From: an uncultured Alphaproteobacteria bacterium
GTDB taxonomy: Bacteria > Pseudomonadota > Alphaproteobacteria > CAAGCB01 > CAG-977
DNA: 64,000 nt
Assembly (NCBI GenBank): GCA_944390195.1
Contig: CALXOZ010000001.1
Location: forward strand, 154,663 to 218,662
Direction: 5' to 3'
How positions within the stretch are numbered: position 1 is the stretch's first letter; each line of letters opens with the position of its first letter. A program made the position numbers and the translations under genes. Of this stretch, positions 48,696-59,203 are shown piece after piece. Below the pieces are notes generated by a model. That model had not been told where the DNA came from and did not search any database. It saw nothing but the letters and a program-made list of their open reading frames with translations.

Positions 48696-50982
48696 ATTGT
48701 TAGCTCCTGCCGGACAGCTTGATTCCGGTTATGCCGCTTTTAAGTATGGTGCTGATGCCGTATATTTGGGGTTGACTCGCTTTTCGGCAAGAGCTGAGGC
48801 GGAAAATTTTACACAAGACGACTTTGAGAAGTTCGTCCGTTTTGCCCATAGCATTTCAAAGAAAGTCCTTGTCGCTGTCAATACGGTTTTTTTTGAAGAG
48901 GAAATGCCAGAGTTAATTGACACCTTGCAAATAATCGATTCTGAAAAGGCGGACGGCATCATCGTCCAAGATATCGGAACCGCCCGACTGGTTAAAAAGT
49001 ATTTTCCGAACTTGAGGTTGCATGGCAGTACGCAAATGGCTGTCCATAACCGGCAGGGGGTGGAAACGTTGCGGGATTTGGGATTTAAAAGGGTCGTTCT
49101 GGCAAGGGAATTGACGTTGGAGGAAATAAAAGATATTTGCCGTGTTCCCGATATCGAAAAAGAGGTCTTTATTCATGGGGCTTTGTGTTACAGCTATAGC
49201 GGATTGTGTCTGTTTTCTTCGGTCTATGCTTCGCGAAGCGCCAATCGGGGAAAGTGTGTCTACCCGTGTCGAGAGGCTTTCCATATCAACGGGCAGACGA
49301 AACATATCTTTTCAATGAAAGATCTGGCGCAAAATGAAAATGTGCTGTCGCTTGAACAAGCGGGAGTTAGTGCTTTGAAAATAGAAGGACGGAAAAAAAG
49401 TCCTCTTTATGTCAGTGCGGTAACCGATTATTACAGATCGCTTCTTAACGGTGAAAAAAATCAAAAGGTGTTAAAACAAAAACAAAATGACATTTGCTGT
49501 ATCTTCAGTCGTCCGACAACGGATTTATATTTGACGAAAAAGAAAAATTTTGATGTCGTCGATCCGGATGTCGTGGGGCATCGCGGTTTGAAAATCGGTA
49601 AAGTGGAGCATTTTTCATCTTACGGCGGTAAGAGATACATTTGTTTTAAAACAACGGCGGATATTGAACGCCATGACGGCATTCAAATTGATTTACCGAA
49701 AATGTCCAAACCTTTCGGTTTTTCAGCGCAGGATATACGGATTGGCGGAAAACAAGTCTTTGAAGTCAAAGCAAAAAGTGCTGTGGAAATTGCTTTGCCC
49801 GAAAAATCTCCTTTTATTCCTGTTGGAGCTGTTGTGTATCTGGCTTCTTCAGGGGCTGTAAAAAGAACATATCCGCTGGAAAAACCGGAAAAAATCATAA
49901 CTGGAAACATAAAAGCATCCATTCTGGTTTCAATTCAACAGGATTGTGTTTCGGCTCAAGAGGGGAAAAGGCGGGTTTGCATAAGAGGTTCTTTTTCTTC
50001 AGCAAAGTCTTTGGATGCGATGCAAAAGGCGGTCTGTGAAGCTTTTTCCAAAACGGGGAATACACCGGTCATCCTTGAAAATTTGAAAGTTGAAAATCAA
50101 AACGGGCTTTTCGTTCCGCTGTCTGTTTTGAACGATCTTCGCCGCCAACTTTACCGGAAAATTTGCGACGAATATTATTCTGATCTGATTTCTTTGAAAA
50201 ACGTGAAAAAACAAGAGATCTTAAACAATGAAAAACCGGTTTTTCAAACGCTGCCCGAAAGGGGATGTTCATATCATATCAAAACAGACGATGCCGGTTT
50301 GGTGAAATTGTTTTTGCAAAAAAAAGAACCGGTGGACGAGTTTGTTTTTGAGTTGAATTGTCGGGAAAATATTGATCAATTCTTGGATATGCCAAAAACA
50401 AAAATTCGCTTTTCCTTGCCTGCTGTCGCCAGAAAAGATGAAGTCGGACAATTGATGCAAAAAGCAAAAATGCTGTATGATGCCGGTTTCAAAAAATTTG
50501 AAATCGCAAATGTGTGGGGATTGCAATTTTTAAAAGACAAAAAAGTGGATATGGGATTTGATTGGCCGATCTATGTTGCCAATTCTTCTGCCGCTCGTGC
50601 CGTTTTGGATACGGGGGCTTCTTATTTTGTCGTATCTCCCGAAACGCCAGATCCGACGGATCTGTTCGCGGCTTTTCCATTTCAGGCTCAGGCGTTGATT
50701 TACCGCGATCTGCCCCTGTTCGTATCGGAAACTTGTCCGTATGCCGCTTTGAACGCCCGATGTCTGCACTGTTCGGGTATGCGAGAGGAAGTGATAACAT
50801 CAAAATACGGGGAATTTCTTTCTGTCATGAAAAATTGCCGCCATTTCCTGTTGGCAAAAAATCCCGTCGATAAAAAACAAGAAATGTTAAAAAGAAAAGC
50901 CCGTCTGTTGCGCATCGAGTTCATTCATAGAAAAGAAAGCATCGCTAAACGTCTTGATATTTTTCACCGGTTGATATATTAA
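48688..50982 (+). CDS. peptidase U32 family protein (collagenase-like, long form)
   Basis: N-terminal MVELLAPAGQLDSGYAAFKYGADAVYLGL and EGRKKSPLYV are typical of U32/PrtC peptidases. Confidence 0.7.
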   Translation: MVELLAPAGQLDSGYAAFKYGADAVYLGLTRFSARAEAENFTQDDFEKFVRFAHSISKKVLVAVNTVFFEEEMPELIDTLQIIDSEKADGIIVQDIGTARLVKKYFPNLRLHGSTQMAVHNRQGVETLRDLGFKRVVLARELTLEEIKDICRVPDIEKEVFIHGALCYSYSGLCLFSSVYASRSANRGKCVYPCREAFHINGQTKHIFSMKDLAQNENVLSLEQAGVSALKIEGRKKSPLYVSAVTDYYRSLLNGEKNQKVLKQKQNDICCIFSRPTTDLYLTKKKNFDVVDPDVVGHRGLKIGKVEHFSSYGGKRYICFKTTADIERHDGIQIDLPKMSKPFGFSAQDIRIGGKQVFEVKAKSAVEIALPEKSPFIPVGAVVYLASSGAVKRTYPLEKPEKIITGNIKASILVSIQQDCVSAQEGKRRVCIRGSFSSAKSLDAMQKAVCEAFSKTGNTPVILENLKVENQNGLFVPLSVLNDLRRQLYRKICDEYYSDLISLKNVKKQEILNNEKPVFQTLPERGCSYHIKTDDAGLVKLFLQKKEPVDEFVFELNCRENIDQFLDMPKTKIRFSLPAVARKDEVGQLMQKAKMLYDAGFKKFEIANVWGLQFLKDKKVDMGFDWPIYVANSSAARAVLDTGASYFVVSPETPDPTDLFAAFPFQAQALIYRDLPLFVSETCPYAALNARCLHCSGMREEVITSKYGEFLSVMKNCRHFLLAKNPVDKKQEMLKRKARLLRIEFIHRKESIAKRLDIFHRLIY

Positions 50983-51075
50983 CCTTTATTTGACTTCTCT
51001 TTGTCTTGACTTAAGACAAGGTTTTCATTACGGTATTAAATCATAGGTTTTAATGGAGCGTAGAGCGAAAACGAG

Positions 51076-51333
51076 ATGCAAAAATTTCCTGTACAGCCAA
51101 ATGATGTCTTTCAAAAAGCAAGCGGTATAACTTCAAAATGGTTGGTCGAACGGATTATTGAATTCCCCGATCTGCCTTTGCATGTGCGTTTGCAAGAACA
51201 AGGCGGAAACGACAGGACAATCACGGTCGCTTTGTCCGCATTGCTGGATCCCCGTCAGTGGAAAGCCGTCAAACTTGCCTCTTCGTCCGAAGAAGCAAAT
51301 ATTTCGCAAGAAAAAGATATTAAAGAAAATTAA
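51076..51333 (+). CDS. hypothetical small protein
   Basis: 85-aa ORF in an otherwise empty intergenic region. No motif recognised. Confidence 0.3.
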   Translation: MQKFPVQPNDVFQKASGITSKWLVERIIEFPDLPLHVRLQEQGGNDRTITVALSALLDPRQWKAVKLASSSEEANISQEKDIKEN

Positions 51334-51709
51334 AAGTCTTTTTTTTTGAAAACGAGGAGATGAAAAAACGTTCTTGCGTTGTACTTTCTTCCCCTCTTCT
51401 CGTAAAGTGAACTTTTCATACTTTTTCTTTAAATCGAAAACAAAGGGGTCTATTTGTAAGAGAAGAATATTCCCTTCTTTATAAAACCGGATAAGTATTT
51501 TTTAATGTTGTCCGGATGGCTTTGTAAAAACGTAGAAGAAAAAACATACTTTCTTTTGCCGAAGTTGACAAAATAATTTGATTCATATTATCCTTGTCAT
51601 AATCTTTTGTTTTTTAAAAACTCTATATTTTATGTTGTTTGCAGGCGCGCTTCCATAAAACGGTTTTATTTTAAAAAAGATTTTTTTATTCCAGGAGTCC
51701 GGTTTCGTT

Positions 51710-52933
51710 ATGAGTGATGAAAAAAAAGATAAAAAATCAAAACTTTCCATTAGAAACTTGTCAACAAAAGATCTTGATCAATATAACGCCTTGCTTCGTT
51801 ATTCGTTTCAGGTAACCGAAGATGAATTAATGAGAACCGGATGGCGTGCCGATGAAATCAAACAATCAAAATTCCCCGTGTTGGAACGTGCTGATGTTTT
51901 GGGGTGTTTCGATCGAAAAAATCTGGTTTCCCAATTTGCGGTCTATCCCTTGAAAATGAATATTTATGATTCTTTCTTTTCAATCGGATTCATTACAAGT
52001 GTTTGTACTTATCCGGAATATTCGGGTAAGGGGATCATGTCCAAGCTGATGCATAAAAGTTTGACCAGAATGAGGGAAAAAGGACAGTTGCTGGCTTTGC
52101 TATATCCGTACTCCATACCTCTTTATCGCAAGTTTGGTTGGGAAATCGTTTCCAATAAAATCTCCTATTCTGTAAAAGATCGCCAAATTCCGACACAAAC
52201 AAAAGTTCCGGGCTTTGTTCGCCGTGTCAATTGGGATAATGAAGACTTTATGGAATTACATACCCGCTTTGCGCGTCAAACGCACGGATGCTTGTTTCGG
52301 GACAAGTTGGCGTGGGAGGAATATTGGCGCTGGGATGAAGACGATACGGCAGTCGCTGTTTATTATTCAGTCAAGGAAAAGCCTTTGGGATATATGATTT
52401 ATCTGATTAAAGATGATATCATGCATATTAAAGAAATGATTTATCTTAATCGTGAAGCCCAAAAAGGTTTGTGGGAATATATCAGGGCTCATGATTCCAT
52501 GATTGACGAAGTCAAAGGAAACACCTATTTTAACGAACCGATCGCTTTTTATATGAATGATGGCGATATCCGAGAAATGATACGTCCGTATATAATGGGA
52601 CGGATTGTTGATGTAAAAGCGTTTTTTAAAAAATATGCTTGCAACCCGAATGAAAAAGGTGTCCGTATCAGTTTTGAAATTACAGATCCCTTTCTTGATT
52701 GGAACAACCGGCGTTTGACGGTGTTGTTCAAAAAAGGGCGCTGTTCGATTACTGAAGATATTGCCCGTTATCATGTCCGTATGTCCGTTGCGACATTGAC
52801 GACTTTGCTGCTAGGGTATAAAACGGCGGTACAATTGTTTCGCACGGAACGCATACAAGGTGATTTCGATGACGTGCGTCGTTTGGACGATGTCATTTTG
52901 CATGAAAGTCCGTATATTTCCGATTACATTTGA
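51710..52933 (+). CDS. GNAT-family N-acetyltransferase with C-terminal SCP-like domain (Eis-like)
   Basis: About 400-aa architecture. N-terminal GNAT region (YSGKGIMSKLMHKSL). Overall size and layout match Eis (COG4552). Confidence 0.55.
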   Translation: MSDEKKDKKSKLSIRNLSTKDLDQYNALLRYSFQVTEDELMRTGWRADEIKQSKFPVLERADVLGCFDRKNLVSQFAVYPLKMNIYDSFFSIGFITSVCTYPEYSGKGIMSKLMHKSLTRMREKGQLLALLYPYSIPLYRKFGWEIVSNKISYSVKDRQIPTQTKVPGFVRRVNWDNEDFMELHTRFARQTHGCLFRDKLAWEEYWRWDEDDTAVAVYYSVKEKPLGYMIYLIKDDIMHIKEMIYLNREAQKGLWEYIRAHDSMIDEVKGNTYFNEPIAFYMNDGDIREMIRPYIMGRIVDVKAFFKKYACNPNEKGVRISFEITDPFLDWNNRRLTVLFKKGRCSITEDIARYHVRMSVATLTTLLLGYKTAVQLFRTERIQGDFDDVRRLDDVILHESPYISDYI

Positions 52934-52936
52934 TGC

Positions 52937-53491
52937 TTACGACCAGTACCCGAAAAGGGGGTATTGAGCTTCAACGCGGTAATACGACCCGTCTCCGTCC
53001 GTTCGGGGGTGGCTGGAAAACAAAGTAAAGTGATCTATGTGAAAATATTCGGAACGAAACAGGTTGTTGTATTCTAAGAATTTATGCACGTCTTCAACAC
53101 TTGTCCCGTACAATTTTGCCAGTGTGCAATGCGCATGAAACTTATGTTTGTTAGCAGGTAGCTTTTGGCGTGAAACAACGCTTTCAATCTTGTCGTATAA
53201 AAAATCCAAAGCTTGATAATTGTTGACGCCCGCCCACAAATGACGCATCTGCAGACCGTTGGCGAAAAAACCGACTTGAGCCATTTGCAAATCAAAAGCC
53301 GGTGCGTGAATTTGCGTAAAACCATCATGTAAATCGTTGGCAATGTTTTCATCTATGTTGCCTATGAAACGCAAAGTGATATGCATATGATCCTTTTCCG
53401 TCCATTTTGCGTTCGGAACACCGCCACGCAAAGAGTAGAGTTGCTCTTTGATGTTTTCGGGAAGTTCTATACCGGTGAAAAGACGTATCAT
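52937..53491 (-). CDS. thpR: RNA 2',3'-cyclic phosphodiesterase (2H phosphoesterase, LigT/ThpR)
   Basis: Two HxT/S-x motifs: HITLRF and HCTLA. 184 aa. Confidence 0.8.
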   Translation of the reverse strand: MIRLFTGIELPENIKEQLYSLRGGVPNAKWTEKDHMHITLRFIGNIDENIANDLHDGFTQIHAPAFDLQMAQVGFFANGLQMRHLWAGVNNYQALDFLYDKIESVVSRQKLPANKHKFHAHCTLAKLYGTSVEDVHKFLEYNNLFRSEYFHIDHFTLFSSHPRTDGDGSYYRVEAQYPLFGYWS

Positions 53492-53582
53492 GATGTTTTC
53501 TCCAAGTTGTTTTTTTTACTTTAAAATAAAAGATTTAAAGAATTCTTTCAGTAATGAACAATTGACTTTTCACCGGCTTTTG

Positions 53583-54455
53583 ATGAAAATGAAAAATAAA
53601 GATGAAGAGGATTTTATGCAAGACGGTGATTGCATCATATTTGAAAACGAAAAAAAAATAAAGGAAGCGCTGGATCAATGGCATATTTCGGCTTTGGTCG
53701 AAAATGTGAAAAATTTAAAAGATTGCCAGCTTTTACGCCATGCCGTAAAAGCGTTGGAAAAAACAAAGTCCGCCGAATTATTAAAAGATAAGGACAACCC
53801 TGAAAAGTGGTTGGAATTGTATCGCGCTCACCAAGTGCTGGATCAAAAAGCCTTGAATATGGGCGAAAAAGAACAGCCGTGGACAAAAGAACAGTTCCTG
53901 TTCGATACTTTATTGTCCGCCGTCGTCCGTTGTGTCATTCATGAACATTTGGATATCAATCCGGAAGAAGACGGGGTGGATCTTAATGTCATCTTATCCG
54001 AAATGGACGGTTGCGACGATTTGTTTGATCGGGAAGTCGAAAAAGACGAAGCTTTTCAAGAAGCGTTAAAAGAGGCAAGTGCTTCGGATGTTTTTAAAGT
54101 TCACGGTCGTTTGGCTCACATATTAACAAAATGTAACAATTCTTATACGTTAAAGCAGGTCAATTATACATTGGAAACTGTAAAAATGCCTGTCATGGGC
54201 TTTTTGGGGAAAAGCTTGTTCCCGACATTGGGGAATATGGTGAAAAAAATTCAATCGAAGACACCTTGCGCTACGGGACGAGGGGATTGGGTCTATGTGC
54301 CGACCAGCTTTGTTCTGGCAAGAACCAATGATTTGTTACAAGAAGCCAAAGGACGGCTGTCCATGTATGCCGAAGAAAAAGAAGAACAGGAAGCCGCTCG
54401 TATCAGAAGAAAAAAAGTCTGGCGTAAAATGAAAAGGCTTTTCCGTAAAAAGTGA
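53583..54455 (+). CDS. hypothetical protein (start uncertain: 53583, 53589 or 53616)
   Basis: The track ORF overlaps convergent thpR, so an internal Met start is more plausible. Acidic N-terminus, basic KR-rich C-terminus. Confidence 0.4.
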   Translation: MKMKNKDEEDFMQDGDCIIFENEKKIKEALDQWHISALVENVKNLKDCQLLRHAVKALEKTKSAELLKDKDNPEKWLELYRAHQVLDQKALNMGEKEQPWTKEQFLFDTLLSAVVRCVIHEHLDINPEEDGVDLNVILSEMDGCDDLFDREVEKDEAFQEALKEASASDVFKVHGRLAHILTKCNNSYTLKQVNYTLETVKMPVMGFLGKSLFPTLGNMVKKIQSKTPCATGRGDWVYVPTSFVLARTNDLLQEAKGRLSMYAEEKEEQEAARIRRKKVWRKMKRLFRKK

Positions 54456-54509
54456 GTTTGTCTTATTTTGACTTTATAGGTTTACAACCTTTTTCACAAG
54501 GGAAGAACA

Positions 54510-55397
54510 ATGAAAATCAGCATCGTCATTCCGGTTTACAATGCTGTTGAAGATGTAAAAAGATGCTTGGACAGTGTAAAGGAGAATTTTGATTTTTCCG
54601 TCGGTGAAGTTATTGTCGTCGATGATTGTTCCGATGAAGAAACGATGGATTATCTAAAACGGCTGGCGGAACTTAATCCGGATCTGTTCACATTGATCCG
54701 TAATCCGGAAAATAAAGGATTCCCGGGAACTTGCAATAACGGGATACGTCATGCGCAAGGGGAAATCATTGTTTTGCTGAACAGTGATACAATCATTCCA
54801 GACAATTTTTGTAAAAAAATTATTGATTGCTTTGATTCAGATCCGAAAATAGCAGTTGCTTCTCCGATTGCTTCTTACAGCGGAAACTATTTCATTCCTT
54901 TGCGAGATCATGAAACAGTCGCTTCTATGAATGAAAAAATTGAACGTTTGCATTCTCCTGTCTATCCGAGCGTTCCTACTGCGGAGGGATTCTGCTTTTG
55001 CTTGCGAAAAACCGCCCTTGACCAGTATGGACTCTTGGATGAAATCTATGGAAAAGGATTTAACGAAGAACGCGATTTGTGCTTCCGTATGAGCTCTAAC
55101 GGATTGCGATGCGTTTTGATCGACAACCTTTATGTCTATCATAAGCGTCACGCTTCATTCGGTAGCTCTGAAAGAAAAAAACAATTGGAAAAAAATGATA
55201 AGATTTTTAAAGAAAGATGGGGCGATCTCATAAAAAAAGAAAAAAATTTCAATAAAAAGCATAATCCGGTCAGCGATTTGCGGCTTCAAATCCAGCCTCA
55301 GTACTTTACAAAAAATTTATTTTATTCACGATCCGTCTTACCGGATAAAACGGTTTATCGTATCTTTGGCATTAAAATCACTCTCAAAAATAAGTGA
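54510..55397 (+). CDS. glycosyltransferase family 2
   Basis: ISIVIPVYNAVEDVKRCLDSV start. DxD-type motifs (VVDDCSDEET; LLNSDTI). Confidence 0.8.
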   Translation: MKISIVIPVYNAVEDVKRCLDSVKENFDFSVGEVIVVDDCSDEETMDYLKRLAELNPDLFTLIRNPENKGFPGTCNNGIRHAQGEIIVLLNSDTIIPDNFCKKIIDCFDSDPKIAVASPIASYSGNYFIPLRDHETVASMNEKIERLHSPVYPSVPTAEGFCFCLRKTALDQYGLLDEIYGKGFNEERDLCFRMSSNGLRCVLIDNLYVYHKRHASFGSSERKKQLEKNDKIFKERWGDLIKKEKNFNKKHNPVSDLRLQIQPQYFTKNLFYSRSVLPDKTVYRIFGIKITLKNK

Positions 55398-56147
55398 ATT
55401 GAAAAAAGTAATTTGTTTTACAGGCGTAACGTTTTTTACCGTTGATCCGGAAATATCGGGGGTATTTATAAGGGATCGGTTTTCATGGTACAGGTCTCTT
55501 TTTACGTTTTTCATTCCGGTTTTGTTTCCGAAAAAAGTTTAAGTGCTTAAAACAGTTACGATTTTGGGAAACGGAGTGTGTGTGCCGTAGGTGTCAAACG
55601 GCAAAAAGGGAAAAGACGAATGGGGCGGATATCATTTCCTTCCACCGGATTTAAAGAATGTAATGCTCTATTTCGTCAATCTTTTTGACGCAACAATGCC
55701 GTCTTTGAGTTTTTTACGTCTTCATGGATTTTCTTCATAGATTTTATGTACCTGAAAAATCTTAAAATCGTATCCGCTTTTAATTAAAGGTTTCATCCGC
55801 ACAGGAAGGAATTGTTTTTTTGTTAAACTGCCGATAACATTATGGACGGAAAGAAATTGAAAACGACTGTGTCAGGAAAATGATTTTTGTGTCCGCCGTT
55901 CGGTATTTCGTGCGTGTCAAAGCAGTGATGTCTTTCATGAAATAAACGATCAGGATATTGATGGAAATATGTTCGAGGATGTTTTTCAATGGACATTGAA
56001 GAGAATATTTTTTTTGTTATTATTTAATATCATAGAAATTTTATCAGGTTTATCTTTGCCGGAATTGAGGTTTTTTCTTGACCTGAGCCGGATTCAGAAG
56101 TATTTTTTTCAATATTTTAAAATGGTTAATTATTATTTGAGATCAAT

Positions 56148-57029
56148 ATGGTTAAGAAAACAGGAAGCGATTTCCAATCGTTAATTCTTAAGTTGCATAG
56201 TTATTGGGCGCAAAAGGGATGTGTCGTTTTGCAACCGTATGATATGGAAGTCGGAGCCGGTACGTTTCATCCGGCGACAATTTTACGAGCTTTGGGACCG
56301 GAAGCCTGGAAAGCCGCATATGTTCAACCTTCCCGTCGACCGGTCGACGGACGGTACGGGGATAACCCGAACCGGTTGCAACATTATTATCAATATCAGG
56401 TGATTTTAAAACCGTCTCCTGAAAATGTGCAGGATTTGTATCTGGACAGCTTGAATATGTTGGGGATAAATCCGGATTGTCATGATATCCGCTTTGTGGA
56501 GGACGACTGGGAAAGTCCGACATTGGGAGCATGGGGGCTTGGCTGGGAAGTCTGGTGTGATGGGATGGAAGTGTCCCAGTTCACTTATTTCCAACAAGTC
56601 GGAGGTTTTGAATGTTCTCCGGTTTGTGCGGAATTGACCTACGGTTTGGAACGATTGGCAATGTATATTCAAGGCGTTGAAAATGTCTATGATCTTGATT
56701 TCAACGCAGAAGGCGTTACATACGGGGACGTTTTCCATCAAAACGAAGTTGAATATTCAAAATATAATTTTGAATGCGCCGATACTCAGATGTTGTTGCA
56801 ACATTTTAAAGACGCCGAAAAAGAATGTCAGGCTTTGTTGAAAGAAAACATCCCCTTGCCTGCTTACGATCAATGTATAAAAGCGTCTCATTTGTTCAAT
56901 CTGTTGGATGCGCGCGGGGTTATCAGCGTAACGGAACGTGCCGCATATATCGGTCGTGTCCGCGCTTTGGCAAAAGGGTGCTGTGAAGGTTGGTTGAAAA
57001 GCCGTGGACATCTTAAGGCAGAGGGGTGA
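56148..57029 (+). CDS. glyQ: glycine--tRNA ligase alpha subunit
   Basis: [36 protein letters not shown] and following blocks are canonical GlyQ. Confidence 0.95.
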   Translation: MVKKTGSDFQSLILKLHSYWAQKGCVVLQPYDMEVGAGTFHPATILRALGPEAWKAAYVQPSRRPVDGRYGDNPNRLQHYYQYQVILKPSPENVQDLYLDSLNMLGINPDCHDIRFVEDDWESPTLGAWGLGWEVWCDGMEVSQFTYFQQVGGFECSPVCAELTYGLERLAMYIQGVENVYDLDFNAEGVTYGDVFHQNEVEYSKYNFECADTQMLLQHFKDAEKECQALLKENIPLPAYDQCIKASHLFNLLDARGVISVTERAAYIGRVRALAKGCCEGWLKSRGHLKAEG

Positions 57030-59186
57030 TTGATGAGCGAATTTTTCCTAGAACTGTTTTCAGAAGAAATCCCCGCCCGCATGCAATCGGATGCGGCAAA
57101 GCATATTCGGGATTTCATGACGGATGCTTTAATAAAAAATAAATTGGGGTTTGACGAAGTCTTTTCCTTTGTTGCAAGCCGGCGTTTGGGAATATGTATA
57201 AAAGGGTTGCCCGAAGCTCAAGCCGATCTGGTCGAAGAACGCAAAGGTCCTAGTGTTACAGCTGCACAACAGGCTTTGGACGGTTTTTTGCGTTCCGTGT
57301 CAATGACAAAAGACCAGTTGCAAATCCGAAAAACTCCAAAAGGTGATTTTTATTTCGCCTCGATTTCCCGAAAAGGACGTTCGACGGCGGATGTCTTGCA
57401 AGAAACGGTCGAAGCTTTGCTTCATTCCTTTCCATGGCCGAAATCAATGCGTTGGGCGGGGCATAAAGAGTATTGGGTTCGTCCTTTGCATGCCATCGTC
57501 TGTTTGTTTGACGGAAATGTCATTCCGGTTGAATTCGCCGGCGTGAAATCGGGAAAGACGACTTACGGACATCGTTTTCTGGCTGCGCAAGCTGTGGAAG
57601 TCGATTGCTTTGCCGACTATCAAGAAAAAATGAGGAAGGCTTTCGTCTTGATCGATCCGCAGGAACGTAAAAAAATTATCTGTGAACGGGCTCGTGAATT
57701 GGCGCAAGAAGCCGGTTACCGGTTGCTGGAAGATGAGGCTTTGCTTGAGGAAGTCGCCGGATTGGCTGAATACCCCGTTCCCTTGATCGGGAAAATTGAT
57801 GACGAATTTATGTCTGTTCCTCAAGAAGTCTTGATTACTTCTATGCGAACAAATCAAAAGTATTTCTGTATGACGGACGAAGACGGCAAAATGGCTCCGC
57901 GTTTTATTGTTGTCGCTAATATGAAAACAGCGGATAACGGTGCGCAAATCGTGGCGGGAAATGAACGCGTTCTTCGGGCACGGCTTTCAGATGCACGCTT
58001 TTTCTGGGATGAAGACAGAAAAACCTCGTTGTTGTCTAAAGCGGCTAAATTACATTCCCGTGTGTTCCATGCAAAATTAGGCTCTGTTGCCGATAAAATC
58101 GAACGTATCCGTAAGTTGCTACCGGAATTGTTGAAGTATATTCCGCAAGCGGACAGTGCCGACGCCGATCGTGCCGCTTTGTTGTGTAAAGCGGATTTGT
58201 CAACGGGAATGGTCGGAGAATTTCCCGAGTTGCAAGGGATCATGGGGCGTTATTACGCCCGTTTCGACGGCGAAAAGGATTCCGTTGCTCAAGCAATTGC
58301 CGAACATTATTCCCCTCTGGGACCTAAAGACGCCTGTCCTAGCGCTCCGGTAAGCGTTGCAGTCGCTCTGGCGGATAAAATAGATACTTTGGTCGGGTTC
58401 TGGCTGATAGATCAAAAACCGACAGGGTCAAAAGATCCTTTCGCTTTGCGTCGCGCCGCATTGGGAGTCGTCCGTTTGATTTTGGAAAACAAAATCAATA
58501 TGCCGATTTTTCAAATATTGAACGTTGCGCGTTCCGTCTATGGCGATACGACACAAGCCGCTATTGCTGAAGCAATGACGGAATCCGAAAGAAAATCCGA
58601 AAATGAAGAGCCGATCGTTTTGGTGAACTGGTCTGTACATCAAATGGTATCATTGCTGGCTTTTATCGCTGAACGGCTGAAAGTCGCAATGAAAGACAGA
58701 GGTGTGCGCCATGATTACATTACGGCTGTTTACGGTTTGGCTCAGGGAACGAATATTAATGCGGTGGATTTGTGCCGCGTCATCGCTCGTGTCAAGGCTT
58801 TAGTCCAATTCTTGTCGACAGAAGACGGAAAAGACTTGTTGACAGCCTATAGACGCGCCGCAAACATCGTCCGGATCGAAGAAAATAAAGATCATTGTTC
58901 CTATAATCAAACACCGGATAAAAATTTGTTCGATTCAGAACAAGAAGAAAGATTGTTTGATGCTTTGGATCATGTTATGCTAAACAGCTCAAAAAAGATT
59001 GCTTCGGACGATTTTCAGGGCGCAATGGAGTTTCTGGCTTCACTAAGAGAGCCGGTCGATGCGTTTTTTGAAAAAGTTCAGGTCAATTGCAATGATGCCT
59101 CTCGCCGCGTCAACCGTTTGTGCATACTTTCGATGATTGTGCGCACGATGGGCAGTGTTGCTGATTTTTCTGTAATTGAAGGGTAA
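57030..59186 (+). CDS. glyS: glycine--tRNA ligase beta subunit
   Basis: Immediately follows glyQ (TGATGA overlap). About 718 aa with GlyS-like N-terminus ([14 protein letters not shown]). Confidence 0.9.
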   Translation: MMSEFFLELFSEEIPARMQSDAAKHIRDFMTDALIKNKLGFDEVFSFVASRRLGICIKGLPEAQADLVEERKGPSVTAAQQALDGFLRSVSMTKDQLQIRKTPKGDFYFASISRKGRSTADVLQETVEALLHSFPWPKSMRWAGHKEYWVRPLHAIVCLFDGNVIPVEFAGVKSGKTTYGHRFLAAQAVEVDCFADYQEKMRKAFVLIDPQERKKIICERARELAQEAGYRLLEDEALLEEVAGLAEYPVPLIGKIDDEFMSVPQEVLITSMRTNQKYFCMTDEDGKMAPRFIVVANMKTADNGAQIVAGNERVLRARLSDARFFWDEDRKTSLLSKAAKLHSRVFHAKLGSVADKIERIRKLLPELLKYIPQADSADADRAALLCKADLSTGMVGEFPELQGIMGRYYARFDGEKDSVAQAIAEHYSPLGPKDACPSAPVSVAVALADKIDTLVGFWLIDQKPTGSKDPFALRRAALGVVRLILENKINMPIFQILNVARSVYGDTTQAAIAEAMTESERKSENEEPIVLVNWSVHQMVSLLAFIAERLKVAMKDRGVRHDYITAVYGLAQGTNINAVDLCRVIARVKALVQFLSTEDGKDLLTAYRRAANIVRIEENKDHCSYNQTPDKNLFDSEQEERLFDALDHVMLNSSKKIASDDFQGAMEFLASLREPVDAFFEKVQVNCNDASRRVNRLCILSMIVRTMGSVADFSVIEG

Positions 59187-59203
59187 GGAGATATTTGAAA
59201 ACC

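Noticed and set aside
51003-51030. Possible hairpin after the U32 peptidase gene (cttgtc...gacaag)
   Set aside because: 6-bp stem with a 9-nt loop and a weak T-tract. Too marginal to call a terminator.
55969-56184. 71-aa ORF upstream of and overlapping glyQ
   Set aside because: AT-rich low-complexity translation overlapping the glyQ start. No RBS.
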